This document shows positions 20,707-29,613 of a stretch of DNA of 64,000 nucleotides, one piece after another; positions within the stretch are counted from its first letter, which is position 1, and the number at the start of each line of letters is the position of its first letter. The translations under genes and the position numbers were made by a program. The stretch comes from Desulfatiglandales bacterium. GTDB lineage: Bacteria; Desulfobacterota; DSM-4660; Desulfatiglandales; Desulfatiglandaceae. The notes beneath the pieces were generated by a model. It had not been told where the DNA came from. It did no database searches and saw only the letters and a list, made by a program, of their open reading frames with translations. Location of the stretch: positions 672,587 through 736,586 of the forward strand of contig CAXXXE010000007.1 in the NCBI GenBank assembly GCA_963664475.2, read 5' to 3'.

Positions 20707-21933
20707 ATGGCATCAACCATCCGGGAGAAGGCTCTGGAGGAGCGTACCCGAGAGCTGGCAACGGTATTGAATGGTATTCAGGATTTTATTCTGGTGATGA
20801 CCCCGGATAGAAAAATCGTGGACGTTAATGAGGCGTTTCTGGAAAAGATGGGCTATACCCGGGATGAGATCCTCGGACGGACCTGTCATGAGGTATTTTT
20901 GGATATGGCATCCCCCTGTGAACCCGGGGACAGCGTCTGCCCCCTGAATGAGGCGATTCAACACCGGAAAAGTACGCAACAGGTCATGATCCGGCTGGAT
21001 CACCAGGGCAATCGGCGCTATATTGAAGTCTCCATTTATCCCATATGGGAAAACAACGGCGAAATTGTGAGATTTATTGAAATCAGCCGGGATATCACCA
21101 AGCGAAAAATACAGGAAGAAGAAATGACCCAACGCCTGGAGCGGATGGTGGCGGAACGTACCCGGGAGTTGGAAGAGACCCATGTGAAAATGCTTCATCA
21201 GGATAAAATGGCATCGCTCGGGAAACTTTCCGCATCGGTGGTTCATGAAATCAACAACCCCATTGCCGGGATTTTGAACCTTCTCATGCTCATGAAAAGG
21301 ATCATCCGCGAAGATGGGGTGGATGACCGGAGTATTTTAAAATTCCGGCGGTATGTGGAAATGATGGAGACCGAGACCCGCCGTGTGGGCCGAATCGTTT
21401 CCAACCTCCTGCTCTTTTCGCGGCAATCCGGAGCCGCCAAGACGCCGGTGAATTTGAATTCCATTATCGAGCGGGCGCTTGCGCTGAATGCCAATCTATT
21501 GGAGGTCCACCATATCCGGGTGAAATCCGATCTGGATGCCCATTTGCCCCGGGTGCATGGATCCGAAGATCGGCTTCAACAGGTGTTTATGAACCTGATT
21601 TCCAATGCGGTTGAGGCTATGGAGGACGTTCAGAAGGGAATCCTGAGTTTGAAGACCGAATATTTGTCTGAAGCGGATGTTGTTCAAGCGACTGTCGAGG
21701 ATAGCGGGTCCGGTATTTCAAGTGAAAACCTGGACCGAATCTTTGATCCCTTTTTTACGACGAAAAAGCGTGGCAAAGGCGTCGGTCTGGGATTATCCAT
21801 TGTATATGGGATTATTGAAGAGCAGGGCGGCGATATCCAGGCAACATCGGAGGAGGGCAGGGGCGCCGCTTTTAAGGTGCGGCTTCCCGTATATGGGAAA
21901 GCGAAAACGATAGCGTTTAAGCCCGGGGTTTAA
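20707..21933 (+). CDS. Cytoplasmic PAS sensor histidine kinase
   Basis: PAS/PAC, H-box VHEINNP, N box NLISNA, FDPFFTTK, GVGLGL; no TM segment. Confidence 0.9.
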   Translation: MASTIREKALEERTRELATVLNGIQDFILVMTPDRKIVDVNEAFLEKMGYTRDEILGRTCHEVFLDMASPCEPGDSVCPLNEAIQHRKSTQQVMIRLDHQGNRRYIEVSIYPIWENNGEIVRFIEISRDITKRKIQEEEMTQRLERMVAERTRELEETHVKMLHQDKMASLGKLSASVVHEINNPIAGILNLLMLMKRIIREDGVDDRSILKFRRYVEMMETETRRVGRIVSNLLLFSRQSGAAKTPVNLNSIIERALALNANLLEVHHIRVKSDLDAHLPRVHGSEDRLQQVFMNLISNAVEAMEDVQKGILSLKTEYLSEADVVQATVEDSGSGISSENLDRIFDPFFTTKKRGKGVGLGLSIVYGIIEEQGGDIQATSEEGRGAAFKVRLPVYGKAKTIAFKPGV

Positions 21934-21934
21934 T

Positions 21935-23278
21935 ATGTCAAATGCGAAGATTTTGATTGTTGATGATGAACTGATCATGCGGGAGTCTCTGGGCGAGTGG
22001 CTGGAAAGGGACGGCTACCAGGTGATGAAGGCCGACAGCGGCGAAAGGGCCGTTGAAATGCTGCAAAAAACCATGTTTGATGTCCTTCTGGTAGACATGA
22101 AAATGGAAAAAATGAGCGGTCTTGAGGTGTTGCGGTATGTTAAACGTCATGATCCTGAAGTGGCTGTGGTGATTATTACGGCATACGGCTCCATTTCCGG
22201 CGCCGTCGACGCCATGAAACATGGTGCATGGGATTATCTTTTAAAGCCCTTTGATCCCGCTGAGTTGGGAATGCTCATTCAAAAAATTCTGCGACACCAG
22301 GCCCAGAACCGGGAAAACCAGTTTTTGAAGGCCCAGGACCGGGACAGAACGCGGTTTGAAAGCCTTATTGGCCAAACTCCCGTCATGCAGGCGGTTTTCA
22401 ATTTGATAGAGGACGTGGCCCAGGCCCCGTCCACAGTTTTGATTACCGGGGAGACCGGTACGGGAAAGGGATTGGCCGCCAAGGCGATCCATGCCAAAAG
22501 TTCCCGCGCCAAAGGTCCTTTTGCCGTGGTCAATTGCGGCGCATTTCCCGAACGTCTTCTGGAAAGTGAACTTTTCGGGTTTCAAAAAGGGGCCTTTACC
22601 GATGCCAAAACCACCAAGAAGGGATTGCTGGAGCTGGCCCACGGGGGAACCCTGTTCCTGGATGAAATCGGCGAAATCAGTCCGAGAATGCAGGTGGACC
22701 TGCTGCGAGTTCTGGAAGACCGGGTGTTCTACCGCCTTGGCGGCACTCAGCCCATCGAGGCGGATTTTAGAATTATTGCCGCCACCAATCGGGATCTGGA
22801 AAAGGCCATCCGTGAAAAGGCTTTCCGGGAAGATTTCTATTATCGCCTCAATGTGATCTCTTTTTCCATGCCCCCCCTGCGGGATCGAAAGGCGGATCTT
22901 TCACTCCTTTCTTTGCATTTTCTGCAGCGATTCACACGGGAAACCAATACGGTCATGGCGCACATCAGCCGAAGGGCCATGGGGGTGATGATGCGTTATG
23001 ACTGGCCTGGAAATGTGCGGGAGCTGGAAAATGCCATCGAGCGGGCGGTGGTGGTGGGTAAAGGCAAGCGCATGATGCCTGAAGATCTGCCCATGTTCCG
23101 CGCCGAACACATGTTGTCTGTGGAGAATCTTTCCCTTAAGGAGGTGGAAAAAGAACACATCAAACGGATTTTAGCGGTTCACGACTGGAATATCTCTAAA
23201 ACCGCCGCAACACTTCGCATTGATCGCTCGACCCTTTATACCAAGATTCGTCGCTATCGACTGAAGAGGTTGGCGTGA
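21935..23278 (+). CDS. Sigma-54-dependent response regulator (NtrC family)
   Basis: Receiver domain, GETGTGK, GAFTDA, LFLDEIG, WPGNVREL, Fis-type HTH. Confidence 0.92.
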   Translation: MSNAKILIVDDELIMRESLGEWLERDGYQVMKADSGERAVEMLQKTMFDVLLVDMKMEKMSGLEVLRYVKRHDPEVAVVIITAYGSISGAVDAMKHGAWDYLLKPFDPAELGMLIQKILRHQAQNRENQFLKAQDRDRTRFESLIGQTPVMQAVFNLIEDVAQAPSTVLITGETGTGKGLAAKAIHAKSSRAKGPFAVVNCGAFPERLLESELFGFQKGAFTDAKTTKKGLLELAHGGTLFLDEIGEISPRMQVDLLRVLEDRVFYRLGGTQPIEADFRIIAATNRDLEKAIREKAFREDFYYRLNVISFSMPPLRDRKADLSLLSLHFLQRFTRETNTVMAHISRRAMGVMMRYDWPGNVRELENAIERAVVVGKGKRMMPEDLPMFRAEHMLSVENLSLKEVEKEHIKRILAVHDWNISKTAATLRIDRSTLYTKIRRYRLKRLA

Positions 23279-23284
23279 CGTGTC

Positions 23285-23315
23285 GTCGGACGGACACGGA
23301 GGTCCGCCCGACTAC
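23285..23315. repeat. REP-like hairpin between convergent genes (possible bidirectional terminator)
   Basis: GTCGGACGGAC-ACGGAG-GTCCGCCCGAC followed by TAC. Confidence 0.5.
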
Positions 23316-23318
23316 GCA

Positions 23319-23489
23319 TCAACAGGGCTTTTCCGTCTCCGCCGGTTTGTCCGGCTTGACCATCCAGATCTGTCCTCTCAATACCGTTCCGATAGCGGTG
23401 TTTTTTGTCAAATCGGCACATTTTCCTCTCCGGTATATGGATCCGTAACCGATATTGGTTCTTTTGGTTTCATGGGTGATTGTCGGCAT
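23319..23489 (-). CDS. Small hypothetical protein (56 aa) downstream of a sigma-54 promoter
   Basis: AAGGAG 10 nt before ATG 23489; perfect -24/-12 promoter about 80 nt upstream. Confidence 0.5.
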   Translation of the reverse strand: MPTITHETKRTNIGYGSIYRRGKCADLTKNTAIGTVLRGQIWMVKPDKPAETEKPC

Positions 23490-23567
23490 ATTCAACTGAC
23501 TCCTTATTTGATTGTCTTGGGTTGATGGCGTATTTTTTTTAAAAATCAAAAATTTTTACAGGTGCAA

Positions 23568-23584
23568 AGCAAAAAAAGTGCCAA
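23568..23584 (-). promoter_or_regulatory. Sigma-54 (-24/-12) promoter
   Basis: Minus strand TTGGCAC-TTTTT-TTGCT, exact GG-N10-GC spacing. Confidence 0.75.
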
Positions 23585-23681
23585 TTTTATATTCTCCTAA
23601 GGTAAATTCACCTAAATATCTGAAAATTCAAAATTAAAAAAACCATTATCCCTTTTTGTCATTGGGTAGTCGGGATTTTCA

Positions 23682-23810
23682 TGTTGTGTTTTTCAACAGC
23701 CTTGTCTTGTCTCACGAGCTATATTTTTTAAAATACGGCACGGCAACCCGATGATAAGCGAAAATTTATTCGTTGTAGGAAAATGCAACGCTTTGTCGGA
23801 TTTTTCTACA
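23682..23810. promoter_or_regulatory. Three TGT-N11-ACA/ACG enhancer-like sites
   Basis: TGTTGTGTTTTTCAACA (23682), TGTAGGAAAATGCAACG (23774), TGTCGGATTTTTCTACA (23794), about 100-230 bp upstream of the sigma-54 promoter. Confidence 0.55.
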
Positions 23811-23972
23811 TTTGCGGGTTACATTTATCCTGAAGCGAATTGATACGAACAGGGTTGACACCCGAATCTGATTTCTTTATCCTTCACGGGTTCGACTGCG
23901 GTATGCGCCATATATTTTTTTCCACTTTGCGCTTCAGCCTTTCGCCTTAGCGCCTGTATCGAGGTCCACCCC

Positions 23973-25313
23973 ATGGAAATTGACGATCTGAATCTGGAAA
24001 TAGAGAAACTGGGTGAATGCCACGTGCCATCGCCCTTAGGTGTGGGGCAGTTCGTGGACGATGAGGATCGCGTACTGTATTGCGGCACCCGGAAAGAGGC
24101 GGAGAAGTATATTCGATCCGGAAAGACCCTGCCGAGCTTCGAGATGGCCGGGCCGAGGAAAAAAATTTATTTTGATCCGTCAAAACTCAAGTGCGGGATT
24201 GTAACCTGCGGCGGCATTTGCCCGGGCCTGAACGATGTGATTCGGGCCATTGTGTTGAGTCTTCACTACCATTACCAGGTGAACACGGTTTTCGGATTTC
24301 GCTATGGGTACGAGGGTATTTCACCCCGATATCGGCACGCCCCCATTGAATTGGATCCTAAGGTCGTGGCGGACATCCACCAAAAAGGGGGGACAATTCT
24401 GGGTTCATCCCGAGGCCCTCAGAATGTGGCTGAAATGGTGGATACGCTGGAGCGTATGAACGTAAGGCTCCTTTTTGCCATTGGTGGCGACGGCACCCTG
24501 CGGGGGGCCCAGGCCATTTCCGAGGAGATCGGCCGGCGCAACCTCAAGATTGGTGTGGTGGGCATTCCCAAAACCATTGATAACGATATCTCCTTTATGG
24601 ATGAGTCTTTTGGGTTTCAGACAGCGGTTTCAATGGCCAGACCCTCCATTTATGCGGCCCACGTGGAGGCAAAGGGGGCGAGAAACGGTGTGGGTCTGGT
24701 AAAATTAATGGGTCGGGAATCCGGCTTTATCGCGGCCTACGCGGCCCTCGCCACAAGTGATGTCAATTTCTGTCTGGTGCCGGAGGTGCCGTTTACCCTT
24801 GATCGTTTTCTCCCCGTATTGAAAGAGAAACTGGAACAGACCAGCCATGCAGTGATTGTGGCGGCTGAAGGCGCGGGTCAGGATTTGTTGGGAAAGGGGC
24901 GGGAATGTGATGCTTCCGGGAACCCGCGGTTCGGCGATATCGGCATTTTCCTGCGCGATGAAATCAAGGCCTATTTCAAGCGGGAAGGGGTGGAAATGCA
25001 GTTGAAATATATCGATCCCAGCTATATTATCCGCAGCGTTCCCGCAAACCCCAAAGATTCCGTTTTCTGTTTGCTGTTGGGGCATAATGCCGTGCATGCG
25101 GGCATGGCGGGCCGAACCAATATGGTGGTGGGTTTCTGGGATTCTGAATACACACATGTGCCCATCCCACTTGCGGTCTCGAAACGCAAAAGGATTGAAC
25201 CCGACGGCAGGCTCTGGAGCAGCGTGCTGGAATCCACCGGGCAGCCCAGGGATTTGGCGGAGCCTGGCGGAAAAGGTGAAAATGTGTGTTCAACCCCTTT
25301 GGAAAACTTATGA
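23973..25313 (+). CDS. pfkA: 6-phosphofructokinase (PfkA family)
   Basis: VTCGGICPG, GGTILGSSRG, GGDGT, PKTIDND, MGRESG, YIDPSY. Confidence 0.9.
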   Translation: MEIDDLNLEIEKLGECHVPSPLGVGQFVDDEDRVLYCGTRKEAEKYIRSGKTLPSFEMAGPRKKIYFDPSKLKCGIVTCGGICPGLNDVIRAIVLSLHYHYQVNTVFGFRYGYEGISPRYRHAPIELDPKVVADIHQKGGTILGSSRGPQNVAEMVDTLERMNVRLLFAIGGDGTLRGAQAISEEIGRRNLKIGVVGIPKTIDNDISFMDESFGFQTAVSMARPSIYAAHVEAKGARNGVGLVKLMGRESGFIAAYAALATSDVNFCLVPEVPFTLDRFLPVLKEKLEQTSHAVIVAAEGAGQDLLGKGRECDASGNPRFGDIGIFLRDEIKAYFKREGVEMQLKYIDPSYIIRSVPANPKDSVFCLLLGHNAVHAGMAGRTNMVVGFWDSEYTHVPIPLAVSKRKRIEPDGRLWSSVLESTGQPRDLAEPGGKGENVCSTPLENL

Positions 25314-25448
25314 AGGCCGCTGCTTCAAAAAAATAGAAATTATTCCGTGCTTACAGCTATTTGGGCCTTTTGATCCTCTGACCATTAAAAGGATGGCACC
25401 TGTTCCGGCAATTTTTTTGAGAATCTTGAATCAATTGATCATTTTTTC

Positions 25449-25477
25449 TTGACACCTCAATGAAATTGGATATAAAT
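25449..25477 (+). promoter_or_regulatory. Sigma-70-type promoter of aprBA (long leader)
   Basis: TTGACA-N16-TATAAAT about 280 nt upstream of aprB. Confidence 0.5.
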
Positions 25478-25756
25478 GTGCTTGTTCCAAAATGCACAAA
25501 GTACATTCAAGACCGAAGTTTAAGCGTGCGGCACCGATTTCCGAAAAGATAATGACATCGGGAAGCGACGAGTAAGGGGTGCATTTGAGAGAAATGGACA
25601 ACGATTTCCGGTTGGAGATTACCATATCTCAACCGGTGCCTGTTTGGACCTTATTACAGAGAAAGGAGGTGTAAGCGTAGCGCTTTTTCGGATCAATCGT
25701 TTTTTGATCGTATCATCGTTTACCGTTTTTAAATTGTTGAATCAGGAGGTATACTA

Positions 25757-26191
25757 ATGCCAAGTTTCGTAATTGCAGAAAAATGCGATGGTTGTAAAGG
25801 GCAGGACAAGACCGCGTGTATGTATATTTGCCCCAACGACCTCATGGTGCTGGATAAAGAAAAGATGAAGGCGTATAACCGTGATCCTTCCATGTGCTGG
25901 GAATGTCAGTGCTGCGTCAAGATTTGCCCGCAGCAGGCCATGGATGTTCGTGGTTACGCCGATTTTATTCCCTTGGGCGCAAGCTGTACGCCGCTTCGCG
26001 GTTCCGAGGATATTATGTGGACCGTCAAGTTTCGCGACGGCAGCCTGAAAAGATTTAAATTCCCCATCCGGACGACTGAAGAAGGTTCCGCGGATCCATT
26101 GGGCGGTTTTGCAACCAATGATGATCTGAACAACGAAGCCTTGGCAACCGAGCCTGCATCCCTGGGTCTTGATGCAGTTCCCACATTCTAG
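25757..26191 (+). CDS. aprB: Adenylylsulfate reductase beta subunit
   Basis: CDGCKGQDKTACMYICPNDLM, CWECQCCVKICPQ, VRGYADF, KRFKFPIRTT. Confidence 0.97.
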   Translation: MPSFVIAEKCDGCKGQDKTACMYICPNDLMVLDKEKMKAYNRDPSMCWECQCCVKICPQQAMDVRGYADFIPLGASCTPLRGSEDIMWTVKFRDGSLKRFKFPIRTTEEGSADPLGGFATNDDLNNEALATEPASLGLDAVPTF

Positions 26192-26211
26192 AGAGAGGAG
26201 GTAACTTAGAT

Positions 26212-28095
26212 ATGGCAAATTTTGAAACAGTAGAAGTTAGCACGGACCTCCTGATTCTTGGTGGGGGTTTTTCAGCCTGTGGCGTGGCCACGGAAGCCGC
26301 CTATTGGGCAAAGAAAAACGGTCTTAAGGTCACCTTGGTGGATAAAGCCGCATTGGATAGAAGTGGCGCCGTAGCCATGGGTCTTTCCGCTATCAACCAG
26401 TACGTGGGCGTAAAAGACGGCGACAATACCCTCGAAGACTACGTTCGTTACGTGCGTCAGGACCTCATGGGCATTTCCAGGGAAGATCTGGTTTACAACA
26501 TCGCTCGTCACGTGGACTCCTCGGTTCATCTGTTTGAAAAATGGGGTCTTAAAATCTGGTTGGATGAAAACGGCAAGTATGTGCACGAAGGTCGTTGGCA
26601 GCTCATGATCAACGGCGAGTCTTACAAGATTCTCGTCGCGGAAGCCGCTAAAAACGCCATCGCCGAAGCAGGTGGTGAGATTTTTGAAAGGGTTTTCATT
26701 GTCGAGCCGCTGTTGGACGGCAACAAGTGCGTAGGCGCTGTCGGTTTCAGCACCCGTGAAGAAAAATTCTACGTGTTCAAGGCCAAAGCGACGGTCGCCA
26801 CCATGGGCGGTGCTGTGCACGTGTTCCGTCCCAGGTCCGTTGGCGAAGGTTTTGGACGTTCCTGGTATCCTCCGTTTAACACCGGTTCCAGCGCCTACTT
26901 CACCATTAAGGCCGGCGCCGAGATGACCTGCCAGGAAGTGCGCTTTATTCCCGTCCGATTCAAGGATGCGTACGGTCCCGTAGGTGCATGGTTCCTGCTG
27001 TTTAAATCCCGTGCCATCAGCGCCGTCGGCGGTGAATACATGGTAGTGAGGAAAGAAGAGCTGCAGAACTGGGCCCCCTATGGCCTGGCCAAACCCATTC
27101 CGGCCAACCTCAGAAATTACCTGGGCATGCTGGATATCGATCAGGGGTTAGGGCCCTTGTACATGGAAACCGCCGAAGCTATCGGCAAGCTTGCCGATGC
27201 CTACAAGGATGATCCCAAGGCCTTCAAGAAGAAAATGAAGGAACTGGAGTCCGAAGCATGGGAAGATTTCCTGGATATGACCATTTCCCAGGCGCACCTC
27301 TGGGCAGCCATGAACGTTAAACCCGAAGAAAAACATTCCGAAATCGCTGCTTGTGAGCCCTACTTCATCGGTTCCCACTCCGGCGCTTCCGGTGCATGGG
27401 TGAGCGGTCCTGAAGATCTGGATACCCCCTATAAATGGGGTTACGCCAACATGACCACCGTGGACGGTTTGTTTGCGGCCGGCGACGCCTCCGGCGCTTC
27501 CAGCCATAAGTTCTCCTCCGGTTCCCACGCAGAAGGTCGTTTTACCGGTAAAGCCGCCATTAAGTACATCGTGGAAAAGGGTGCTGATCCCAAAGTGGAT
27601 GCGGCTGTGGTTGAAGAGCTGCGCGCAAAGATCCTGGCGCCCCTGGATACTTACCAGAAATTCTGCAAGATCACCACTGAACCCTCCGTCAACCCCAACT
27701 ACATCCTGTGGCGCCCCTTCATGGATCGTATGCAGAAGATCATGGATGAGTACGCAGGCGGTGTAACCGCGGGCTTCAAAACCAGCAAACCGAATCTCGA
27801 GAGAGCCATGGAGCTTTTCGTGTATCTGCAGGAAGATGCGGAAAAACTGGCTGCCGAGGGTATTTACGAGCTGGAAAGATGCTGGGAAAATATGCACCGC
27901 ATGGCGCAGGCTGAAGCCCATGTGCGCACCATGCTGTTCCGGGAAGAGACCCGTTGGCCTGGATATTACTACCGGTCGGATACACCCAAGATGGACGAAG
28001 AAAACTGGCACTGCTTTGCCAACTGCCGGCGTGATGCCGCAACCGGCGAGTGGGAAATGTCCAAGAAAGATGTTTGGAACATCCCCGGTGTATAA
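26212..28095 (+). CDS. aprA: Adenylylsulfate reductase alpha subunit
   Basis: RSGAVAMGLSAIN, WQLMINGESYK, RFKDAYGPVGAWFL, HKFSSGSHAEG, REETRWPG. Confidence 0.97.
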   Translation: MANFETVEVSTDLLILGGGFSACGVATEAAYWAKKNGLKVTLVDKAALDRSGAVAMGLSAINQYVGVKDGDNTLEDYVRYVRQDLMGISREDLVYNIARHVDSSVHLFEKWGLKIWLDENGKYVHEGRWQLMINGESYKILVAEAAKNAIAEAGGEIFERVFIVEPLLDGNKCVGAVGFSTREEKFYVFKAKATVATMGGAVHVFRPRSVGEGFGRSWYPPFNTGSSAYFTIKAGAEMTCQEVRFIPVRFKDAYGPVGAWFLLFKSRAISAVGGEYMVVRKEELQNWAPYGLAKPIPANLRNYLGMLDIDQGLGPLYMETAEAIGKLADAYKDDPKAFKKKMKELESEAWEDFLDMTISQAHLWAAMNVKPEEKHSEIAACEPYFIGSHSGASGAWVSGPEDLDTPYKWGYANMTTVDGLFAAGDASGASSHKFSSGSHAEGRFTGKAAIKYIVEKGADPKVDAAVVEELRAKILAPLDTYQKFCKITTEPSVNPNYILWRPFMDRMQKIMDEYAGGVTAGFKTSKPNLERAMELFVYLQEDAEKLAAEGIYELERCWENMHRMAQAEAHVRTMLFREETRWPGYYYRSDTPKMDEENWHCFANCRRDAATGEWEMSKKDVWNIPGV

Positions 28096-28116
28096 TCATT
28101 AACCGTTGTTAACCAT

Positions 28117-28154
28117 TGCTCCAGGCATTTTTATAATGCCTGGAGCATTTTGTT
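28117..28154 (+). terminator. Intrinsic terminator after aprA
   Basis: 13-bp stem TGCTCCAGGCATT/AATGCCTGGAGCA followed by a T-rich tail. Confidence 0.75.
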
Positions 28155-28157
28155 ATC

Positions 28158-28240
28158 AGTTTTACGTTTTAAGTTTTAAGCATTTATGGGACCTTTGAGA
28201 ATCTTAAAACTTAAAACTTAAAACTTAAAACTTAAAACTT
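28158..28240. repeat. Inverted heptamer arrays (AGTTTTA)x3 ... (CTTAAAA)x5
   Basis: Left arm 28158-28180 is the reverse complement of the right-arm unit at 28203-28240. Confidence 0.85.
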
Positions 28241-28285
28241 GGTGAATTTGGAGTTTTTGAAGCATTCATCAAAGATATTAGGGCA

Positions 28286-28316
28286 CTAACAGCTAACAGC
28301 TAATAGCTAACAGCTA
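28286..28316. repeat. Heptamer tandem repeat (CTAACAG)x4
   Basis: CTAACAG CTAACAG CTAATAG CTAACAG just upstream of the qmoA RBS. Confidence 0.8.
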
Positions 28317-28340
28317 AAAACAATAATGCTGGAGGAGACA

Positions 28341-29609
28341 ATGGCAGATGTACAAACGACAAACCAGAGTATACTGGTGGTTGGCGGAGGCATGAGTGGG
28401 ATTACGGCTGCCCTGGAAGCGGCCGAGGCCGGTTATGACGTGGTGCTGGTTGAAAAGAATCCCTATCTGGGTGGGCGCGTGACCCAGTTATATCAGTATT
28501 TTCCAAAGCTCTGTCCGCCCAATTGCGGTCTTGAGATCAATTTCCGGCGCATGAGACAAAATCCGAAAGTGCGCTTTTTTACCATGGCGGAAGTGGCGAA
28601 CATTTCGGGAACGGAAGGCAATTATGATGTTACCGTTAAATTGTCTCCGCGATATGTGACCGATAAGTGTACCTGTTGCGGCAAATGCAGTGAAGTTTGT
28701 GAAACGGAAATCGACAATCCCTTCAATTATGGTATTGACAAGATCAAGGCGGCCTATCTTCCCCAGGAATTTGCATTTCCCATGCGGTATGTGATTGATC
28801 CTTCCATTGTCGGGACCGAAGAGGGCAAGAAGTGTCAGGAAGCCTGCGAATATGGGGCGGTTGACCTGGATATGGCGGAATCGACCTTTGATCTCAAGGT
28901 GGGCGCCATTGTTTGGGCCGCGGGTTGGACTCCCTACGATGCCGCAAAAATCGACTACTACGGCTTTGGCGAATATAAGAATGTGGTAACCAATGTGATG
29001 ATGGAGCGCATGGCCGCACCCAACGGTCCCACCGGGGGAAAGATTTTGAGGCCCTCCGACGGCAAGGAAGTCAAGAATATCGCTTTTATACAGTGTGCGG
29101 GAAGCAGGGACGAAAATCACCTGCCTTATTGCTCCGGCATCTGTTGCCTGGCGTCCATGAAACAGGCTACCTATGTGCGGGAACGACACCCCGATTGCAA
29201 CATCAGCATATTTTTTATCGACATTCGTGCACTGGACCGACTGGAAGATTTTTACACCAAGGTTCAGGAAGATGAGAAAATTGAATTCATCAAAAGCAAG
29301 ATTGCAAATATCTCGGAGGATGAGGCGACGGGCGACTTGTTGCTGGAAGGTGAGAATACACGGACGGGCGAGCAGCTTCGCATGACTTTTGACATGGCGG
29401 TTCTGGCTACCGGCATGGTTCCCAATAAGATCGACATCGCCGGCGCACCCGACGTGGCGACGGACGAATACGGTTTCGTGGTCAATGATCCGCAAAAATC
29501 CGGCATATACGGCGCCGGTTGCGTCAGAAGACCCACGGATGTCGCTTCATCCGTGCAGGACGCCACATCATCCGCTTTGAAGGCTATCCAATCAATCGCG
29601 AGGAGGTAA
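28341..29609 (+). CDS. qmoA: QmoA (HdrA-like flavoprotein)
   Basis: VVGGGMSG, YFPKLCPPNCGLEINF, QCAGSRDENHLPYCS; directly after aprA; GGAGG RBS. Confidence 0.92.
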   Translation: MADVQTTNQSILVVGGGMSGITAALEAAEAGYDVVLVEKNPYLGGRVTQLYQYFPKLCPPNCGLEINFRRMRQNPKVRFFTMAEVANISGTEGNYDVTVKLSPRYVTDKCTCCGKCSEVCETEIDNPFNYGIDKIKAAYLPQEFAFPMRYVIDPSIVGTEEGKKCQEACEYGAVDLDMAESTFDLKVGAIVWAAGWTPYDAAKIDYYGFGEYKNVVTNVMMERMAAPNGPTGGKILRPSDGKEVKNIAFIQCAGSRDENHLPYCSGICCLASMKQATYVRERHPDCNISIFFIDIRALDRLEDFYTKVQEDEKIEFIKSKIANISEDEATGDLLLEGENTRTGEQLRMTFDMAVLATGMVPNKIDIAGAPDVATDEYGFVVNDPQKSGIYGAGCVRRPTDVASSVQDATSSALKAIQSIARR

Positions 29610-29613
29610 CTCG

